A DNA stretch of 64,000 nucleotides from Saccostrea echinata (lineage: Eukaryota). Shown here in pieces: positions 56,601 to 64,000 of this stretch (within the stretch, counting starts at the first letter, position 1; each line of letters opens with the position of its first letter). Made by a program: the position numbers and the translations under genes. The notes beneath the pieces are model-generated. The model made no database searches and had not been told where the DNA came from. It saw nothing but the letters and a program-made list of their open reading frames with translations. Location of the stretch: assembly GCF_033153115.1 (NCBI RefSeq), contig NW_026889763.1, positions 15,128,001 through 15,192,000 on the forward strand, read 5' to 3'.

Positions 56601-58129
56601 TTCGCACATTTTTCAAATAAAAAAGAAAATCACCACTTTCCCCTGTGTAGCCAGTTTGGTTTTGTAAATGTATATCTGTTACTGGTGGATTTGAGATTAA
56701 AGGGCCCGATTGTAGTATGTGGCAACATTTCCGATGTTTCGAAAGTTGAAAAAAAAAAATTAATGGTAATTCTGATATTGAATTAAGGGAATTGCATCCA
56801 AATTCAAAAAGAAATATCTATCATCTTTTCTCAATAATTTGTATAGACAATAGGCAATAGTTTTTTCTCATAAACTGTAACAACATTAACAGTATAGAGA
56901 GGACATTACAAACATGAAATACGTATTTCTTTAAGCAAAATTAAATTTGCCTGTGTAGAATTTAATCAACCGTAATAAATGTCTTTACGTTGAATATATA
57001 GTTGCATCTAAAACAGGGTGGTATGCCCCTATGGGAGAAGATTTTAAATTTATGATATGCGTTGAATATGTCTCCGAATGATATATTATTTAAATGTTTA
57101 CATTTTGGATCTTGAAGGGCATGGAACCGATAGGAAATATTCCAGTACAAATTTTTTTAATGAATTTAAAAAAGAAAATACTGGTAAAGGTTGCTACTCC
57201 GTTTCTAATTGGTGCAACTAATTATAGTACATTAAGTGAAAAGGAATTGGGAGTAATTTAGAAATAAAGTTTTCATACTAGTTACATGTAAATGCAACAA
57301 GAACATTCTTTAAACATTTTTTTAAACTACTTATTTTTTTAAATATTGTTTAATGTAATTCCAAATATGTTTGTAAGCTTTTCATATTTTTTTCTTTATA
57401 ATTATATGTAAGGTTTTTTTTAAAATATATATGATGACCGTCAAGCAAAAACTACCCTTAAGTCAAAAATTTTACATTTTGAGGTGTTTAGTGATCCTGA
57501 TAGAAAAATTTCTCCTTTTTAAAATGATATATAACAGGTCATTATGCATAAACTAAAAATAAGAGAAAATTTAAAATAAATAATACAAATTTTATGTCAT
57601 GACGCTGTGTTTTATCGGATAACGTCATTTATTTTGTTCTCACATTTCCATGGTTGCGTTGTAAAAACTGCACAAGAAAAATCACCTCGGACTACATATG
57701 GCATTACATATGAGATTATTATTTAATTACATATGTTATTGTGCTGTTTTATGATCGATAATTTTAGCATTTTCAGAAGAATTTCAGATTTCTATAACAC
57801 CCCCCCCCCCGCCTTAAAAAAGAGATCCCAGACAAGAGATATCATTTTATTTTGTTTCTTGTTTAATTTGTTTTTTTTTTAAAATCTTTTTTCAGCTTAT
57901 TTTTTAATTTTTTTTTTTGGGGGGGGGGGAAATTTTATTGTGCCTTTATATGGACTATAATTGTAAAGATCTCGGCGGAATACACAGATTCTAATACTAG
58001 AGGCTTTTATGCCCCCATCCCCCCTCCCCACCGAAAAAAGCTTACGAAGTTCAGATCAGCTTAATTTTTTGTATGCCTTTTTTGTTTCAGAAGTTTTATT
58101 GCGCCCTTTAATATTTTATGATTGATAAT

Positions 58130-58330
58130 TGAACATTTTCAGGATATATCGAGTCGACATATGCATGAAAGTAACTGTTGCTAATTTATAATACATCGTC
58201 GATATATCTAAATGTGTAAGGCCACAGAAAATGTTTTCTGCTTCTAATGTATAAGCTTTTGAATAAATTTGTGAATACAAAAAATAGGTCTGCTAGTAAC
58301 AGGGGTTCTAATAACAAACGGCCTCACCAT
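58130..58330 (-). mobile_element. Short Penelope-like RT remnant
   Basis: On minus PLLLADLF and FRYIDDV. Confidence 0.6.
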
Positions 58331-61300
58331 TTTCCAGAGAGAGAGAGAACGACCAATCAATACATTACTTCACATATGAATTAAATCAAGCCGTTCGTCT
58401 AAAATACTTTCTGTCCTTGTGTGTTTTTTTTAAATGATAACATTATTATGCTCGAGCTCCGGAATTTATTGCAGCCCGGAGGACCGGGCTGCTCTATACA
58501 TATAAGTTTAAGTGTTGGTATATGGGGATTGAGGTGGGAGAAGTTATTCAGAATTAAAAGTTTTCTAAACATTAAAAAGATTGTTAATCAGAATGTTCTT
58601 TCCCTTTATAAATTACGGGATACACAATATATTTACTTCCATAAAGTGAATCTGTAAAAATATATATGTTTTTCATATTTAATATATAAAGTTGCCTATC
58701 ATTTACTATCGAAAAAACGACAGGTCCCCTATTTTAGAACATCGAATTTTACTTATCGCATAAAAACGTAAAAACGTACCTTACACAGTTCGTATTTTAT
58801 ATTCTTAAAGTGAAAGACATTTTTGAAAATAGGTGATGCATGTGTCTGGTTTCAATTTATATTTTATGCAGCCAACATTTACTTGAGGAATTGATAAAGT
58901 TTAAAAGGGTATCGTTTTTATTCGATTTTCATCCGACTATAAGTTTTCAAGATATTCTCGACTATCGTCTCCATCATTTAGACGCATGCCTTTTTCACAC
59001 ATATCGAAGCGGTTTGATGATCAAGACTCATTTCCATTGTTTACTTTATTTATTTCCCGGGCGACAATTGATGGTTACGTCAATGTTTTCTTGTTCTTAT
59101 TTGGAGCAGTTTGGAGGAGAAGATTCGATTGCATCTTTCTATTATTTTCGCACAAATGGCTCTAAGAGCTTTAAAAAGATATCATCCTCTCTAGCCGTCA
59201 TTACTCTTATCACTGGAAACAGAGGGACAAGATTTGCTGAAGAAACACTGCATTAAAGACGCAAATAATACAGATCGCTGTAATATAATTTTTATCCAGC
59301 GAAACTTTCGGCACTGAACTTCGTTATCCCGTAAACGGAAGGAAGCCCTCCTCCTTATTTGCTGAAAATGTGACTTTCTTAGACATGGCGCTCTTCCTTG
59401 TGGTGGAAAACAAGCTCTCTACGCAATCAACTTCTCAGTGTCTTTATAGTTTCCTTACTAAAGCAATTCCAACATCCAACTTTTATCAAGGTACAGCACT
59501 TGCATACGAAGTAATGTTATTGACCGATAGCAAGTCATTATATTCTCCATGATAAATAAATACCTGTTTTTAGGAATAGAAGAATTAATTGACAATGTGT
59601 TTAAAACTGATTGATTATAGATGACAATTTTGCTAAAATTAAGACACAATTAAAACCTGACCTACATGATTACATGTACTTGTTTCAGCTATGCAGATAA
59701 AAATGCATTATCAGAAGTGAATTCGGAATTAGCAGTGTGGTTGGGGTCCAATTTTTTTTTTATGAATAATAATTATCAGGATGAATATTTCCGCATAGGA
59801 ATAAGTTTTTAAAACGTAAAATTTAGAGACAAGTCATGGAGTGTGTGATGTCTGCTACTTTCTCTATAAAGCACGGTACCGTAAAGCACGCGTTTCGTGC
59901 ATCCCTCCTCCTGGTGTGACATACATTTTTATTTTTTAAAGAAATGACATCTGAAGCATTGTCACAACTACACTTTTAAATAACACTCGATTTCGCCTAA
60001 TCTAGGAAGTTTCCCGTGAAATATATCATCGGAAACAATGACCAAAATGTATAATCCTCTCACATTAATTCTGAAGAGAGCTAAAATGCGGATCGACAGT
60101 GGCATGAGATGATTCGTGCAAAAATGCAGTATTGAAACAATCCTTTTTTTGAGAGAGAGAGAGAGAGAGTTACATGTACTAAGTACCATGCATGGCCAAA
60201 TATGTACTGCAAAACACAGTAGGTCAACTTGGCATACATGTACGTGGTGCGGAAGTAAAAGCGCATAAGAATAGTCCAGTGCATAAGAATGCACCTGTCG
60301 CAAATCTGTAGAGAGGGGTGCAGCGCTTGTACAAACAGCCTTGAATGGTGTTAATCCCACTGCATACCTACTTCCTGCTGGCTGAGCGAGACCATACTTT
60401 CGGCATAATTCAGAATAAACTTCATTTTGCTGTGATTGCAAGGTAGAAGGAGGAAAATACCCCAAAAGCACGCCGACAAACTCCTAGAAGTTTCTAATAA
60501 AATTGTACAATTGTGGTTTGATTGGTCGATTAAATGACACATTGAAATAGCTTACAGTTGTTAGCCACATGCAAAATATTTACATCAGTTTCAAGTGTTA
60601 TTTGAATCAAAGGCATTTAATTAATTTTATTTCTACGACCTCATCAAAGTTATAATTGTTTTAACCCACCCTAAGCCATGTATTACTAGTATTATCTCAA
60701 TAAATCTAGGATACAATACAATTTAGTGTCTTAATGATTTCAATTTCATGATAATTTATTATCTTTTCCCAAATAGGCTGTTTGTCTTCGAGCAATATTA
60801 TTCCTTGAGTATGTACTGAGTAAAATCTTTTTAAAAATCAGTTGGTTTTAAACTGCATTTTTTAACACCTATTTTACCGAATAAAAATCAACAGTTTATA
60901 TTTTCCCCTCTAAATATCGATAAACATGAAAATAAAATACACAAAGAGACCAAAAAATCTGTGGAGGAAGTGGTGAAACTGAACGCTTCCTGTTACCAAG
61001 TACCAATAGACAATTATAATGCAGGTTACTTCCCTTCAATAGCGGTATATGTTAACATCCATGTAGACTATTTCAGGCACGTAGGAATCAATTTCAGTTT
61101 TTATTTATTTTTTTTTTTTTGAGGGGGTGGGGTGGGTGGGTGGGATTCTTGACAAGCAAAACAGATAAACAGTACAAAACGGGGATTCTTGACAAGCAAT
61201 AACAAAGCAAAACAAAACGAACTTTTTTTCATTTGTTATAGTATAAACTGGTAAAATTATACCGAGGGGATACAACTGTAAATTATTATAGCTTTGTTTT

Positions 61301-62011
61301 CGAAATTAAATTACTTAAATTATATTCCTGTGAACACCCCCCCCCCCTCCCCTCGATTCTTTCAAGCTTGTTTTTGATTTTTGGTACATAATGCTGTTTA
61401 TTACGCAAATGAAATTCCAAACTTTTGTATTTAAAATCCAAACCTTAGCTTTACACTTTGATTATGTTATCTATGCATTTTAACATGAATATAGAAATAT
61501 TAAGTAATATTAACACAAAATCATGTTGAATATGAGTATGTTCTTTTCGTTACTGCCAAAGTCTCAAAATAATATGCGATTTCTCCCCATATATATGTTT
61601 CAGAAGTAAAAAAAAAAATGCTCCTTCAACATGTAAACAAGGGCGAAGATCATGCATTTGCTACTTCGCACAGGATTACATTCTACAATTCAATCTCATG
61701 TGACACTGACGTCAGATGCGTCCTCATTAATGACCAATATTTGATAAAGGTAAATATTTACGGCAAGAAAAGGAAAAATCAAACAAAAACGAGTTGATAT
61801 GAAATATCGAAAGATACGTAAACAGGAATCCATTTACTACTGATGAGTGTTAATCATATCTTAATATAATCTTTTTTGATTAAAGTAAATCTAACATTTC
61901 TTTCCTAGGTAACTTGAATGACCAAAGTAATTTTCTTTCCGGTTTTATCCGGGACAATGGTTTTAGTCGTTTCATTTCGCAAGGCATATTAGATCCTTTG
62001 TAAACAAAGAG

Positions 62012-62045
62012 TATTTATAGACGAACAGCGACAGTGAAATCATTA
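62012..62045 (+). promoter_or_regulatory. Putative TATA-like box and initiator of DAZAP2
   Basis: TATTTATA at 62012-62019, TCATT Inr-like site 30 nt downstream; perfect CRE TGACGTCA at 61707-61714. Confidence 0.3.
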
Positions 62046-62055
62046 AGGAAGAAAA

Positions 62056-63820
62056 ATGTCAGGTAAGCAACAATAAGTTATATTAAACCGAATGAACCCT
62101 CCTTCATAAGATCAAGCTATGGTCATTGACTTGTTTTCTTAATGTAACATCAAACGGTTGAAAAGAAAAATGCTGTTTTACTCTGTATAGTAAAATTACG
62201 TAATACTAAAATTCGGTATTTTTAGGGAAAGGATATCCAACGCAGCCTCGCCCATACCCAGTACAACAAAACAACGTTCAGTTCGCATACCCCCAGGCTC
62301 AACCATGGCAACGTAAGTATTCAATGTTCCCTTGTGTCTGTCCTTGGCTAATTTGGGAAAGGGGCACTCAATTAAACATGTGAAATGATAAATGGGAATG
62401 TGCTGTGGATTACTGGATGAAGGTCATCTTTTTATAGTACAGAATATTGATTGGTAATGGAAATCTTTTCTGTGTGTACTCTCTAATATTCTCAATATTT
62501 TATTTCCTCATATACATGTGACATGGTCAGTGAAATGAAATATGGAGATAACGAACAGTATTCAAGCTCAAAGTCCATTTAAACAATACAAATTGGGAGT
62601 AGAGCAAACATGGACATCTAAAAAACATCAGAGATTGGATCAGGTGCCATGGTGGAGTGAGCATACCTTGCTGACCAGTCAAACCCACCATGTGCTCCTT
62701 GTCATGATCGGAAAAAAGGAAAAATCTGTAGACAATTCAGTGTGTAAATAATGGTATAACAACCAGTAATGAAATACACCAATCAGCATTTGACTTAAGG
62801 ATAGGTTGTTTTTGCTGACAAGGTTATTGTATCAACCATAAATTTGCAAAATGATGACTTCAAACAAGACTGTTAATATCCTTGTTTCATCATTTTGTTT
62901 GTCAGTAGCTTGTCTCATTTTAGAAAATGTTCATATGTAGAGCATGCTCTTGCGTATCAAATCAACTGGGAGACAAAAACCCCATATGCAAGTGATAAGG
63001 GTGTATTGCTACATAAGTTAGAGATGTTGATGATTGAAAAATTGAAGTCATCATTTTTATCATAAAGCTTTGTTGCTAGGTTACCATTAACGTCTTTTTC
63101 TGGTAAAGTATATAATGAAAATATAGAACGATTAATAAAATTTTGCAGCATCAGCGCCACCTATGTATGGTATGCCAAATGAAGCTCCTCCCCCCTACAG
63201 CTACCAACCTCCCCCACAGCAGGTAAGCTTTTGTCAGGAATCATCTCAGAACTTTAAATGTGATATCAATCCTGATAAATCCAATAACATGTTATAAATT
63301 GTATTAACAATCTGTCTTCCCAATTCTTCAGCCCCAGATGCCAGCAGGATATCAGATGTATCCACAGACACAGAATGTACAGTTAGCCGGACCTGGGGGC
63401 ATGGTCAGCAATGGTCAAGTGGCCATGGCTTCCTTTGACTCAGGAGCAAGATTTGATGGCATTTCCCAACCAAGAATACCTGTAAGAGAAACAAACACTA
63501 TTTTTTTTAATCAAATGTTTTAAAGACTGCAAGAAAAATGCGAAAGTTCTTTTGAAATCAAAATCAAAAATCCACTACATGTATGTGGTGAATCAGCAGA
63601 TTCAGTGTAGGTGATAAATTGAGTGAGTAACCAATTTTTAGGCAGCATTGTTATATAAAATATGATAAGTTTCTTTGTTGTTTTTCAGCCCCCACCCCCT
63701 GGGTGTATGCCTACAGCAGCCCAGCAGGCTGTGATGCAGGGTCGTCCCATCGTGGCCCAGCAGCAGAAAGCGAACTGGTTCTCGGGAAGTGGAGGGGGGT
63801 ATACATGGGGAGGGTTATAA
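62056..63820 (+). CDS. DAZAP2: DAZ-associated protein 2 homolog; 149 aa, Pro/Gln/Tyr-rich
   Basis: Exons 62056-62062, 62226-62312, 63149-63222, 63332-63481, 63689-63820; 450 nt in frame. FDSGARF..IPPPPPGC.P.AAQ.AVMQG..Q.K.NWF.GSGGGYTW is the DAZAP2 C-terminal signature; also PSAP and APPPYS. Confidence 0.88.
62545..63112 (-). mobile_element. Penelope-like RT 3' remnant in DAZAP2 intron 2
   Basis: NGNLATKLYDKNDDFNFSIIN..LCSNTPLSLAYGVFVSQLI plus the 3' motif. Confidence 0.78.
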
Positions 63821-64000
63821 ACTCTACATAAAGGGTCACTAAAGAGCAGTGTATAGGGAGTCTATAGGGAGACTCAGGTCATCTAAAATCTTTTCATTCC
63901 ATGTAGGAATCATCTGTGTAAAAAGTCTTTTATCATCACAAATTCTGATGAAGGGCTGGGAGAAAAAACAGAGTGATGATTTATATAATTCAGACCAAAG

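Noticed and set aside
59968-60471. 167-aa minus-strand ORF
   Set aside because: Non-ATG start, runs through a CT microsatellite, no domain similarity.
63940-64000. TGATGA motifs suggesting a C/D snoRNA
   Set aside because: Lies in the DAZAP2 3' UTR at the window edge with no downstream D box visible.

Overview
AT-rich, intron-containing animal genomic DNA. The repeat families (166-bp Cg170/HindIII-like monomers inside a Helentron-type element, abundant reverse-transcriptase remnants) point to a bivalve, probably an oyster; this is inference. Spliced genes were reconstructed by hand from GT-AG sites and reading frame: the last two coding exons of RPL23 (+), followed directly by a 3-kb array of a 47-bp repeat; a broken partial duplicate of a RhoBTB gene (-); an intact 9-exon RacA-like RhoBTB gene (-, 592 aa, CAAX CSIM); a 4-exon SPSB/gustavus-like SPRY gene lacking the SOCS box (+, 206 aa); an 11-exon MOXD1/DBH-like copper monooxygenase (+, 596 aa); a second, divergent 9-exon RhoBTB paralog with a degenerate GTPase domain (-, 566 aa, CAAX CAII); and a 5-exon DAZAP2 homolog (+, 149 aa). 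Introns and intergenic DNA hold many non-autonomous elements (Helentron/HINE, Harbinger, hAT, Tc1/mariner, Kolobok, Spy-like) and Penelope-like RT remnants, all of which lie on the minus strand. There is one 128-N assembly gap. Most ORFs in the supplied track are spurious or are single exons. All homology calls come from motif recognition, not database searches.
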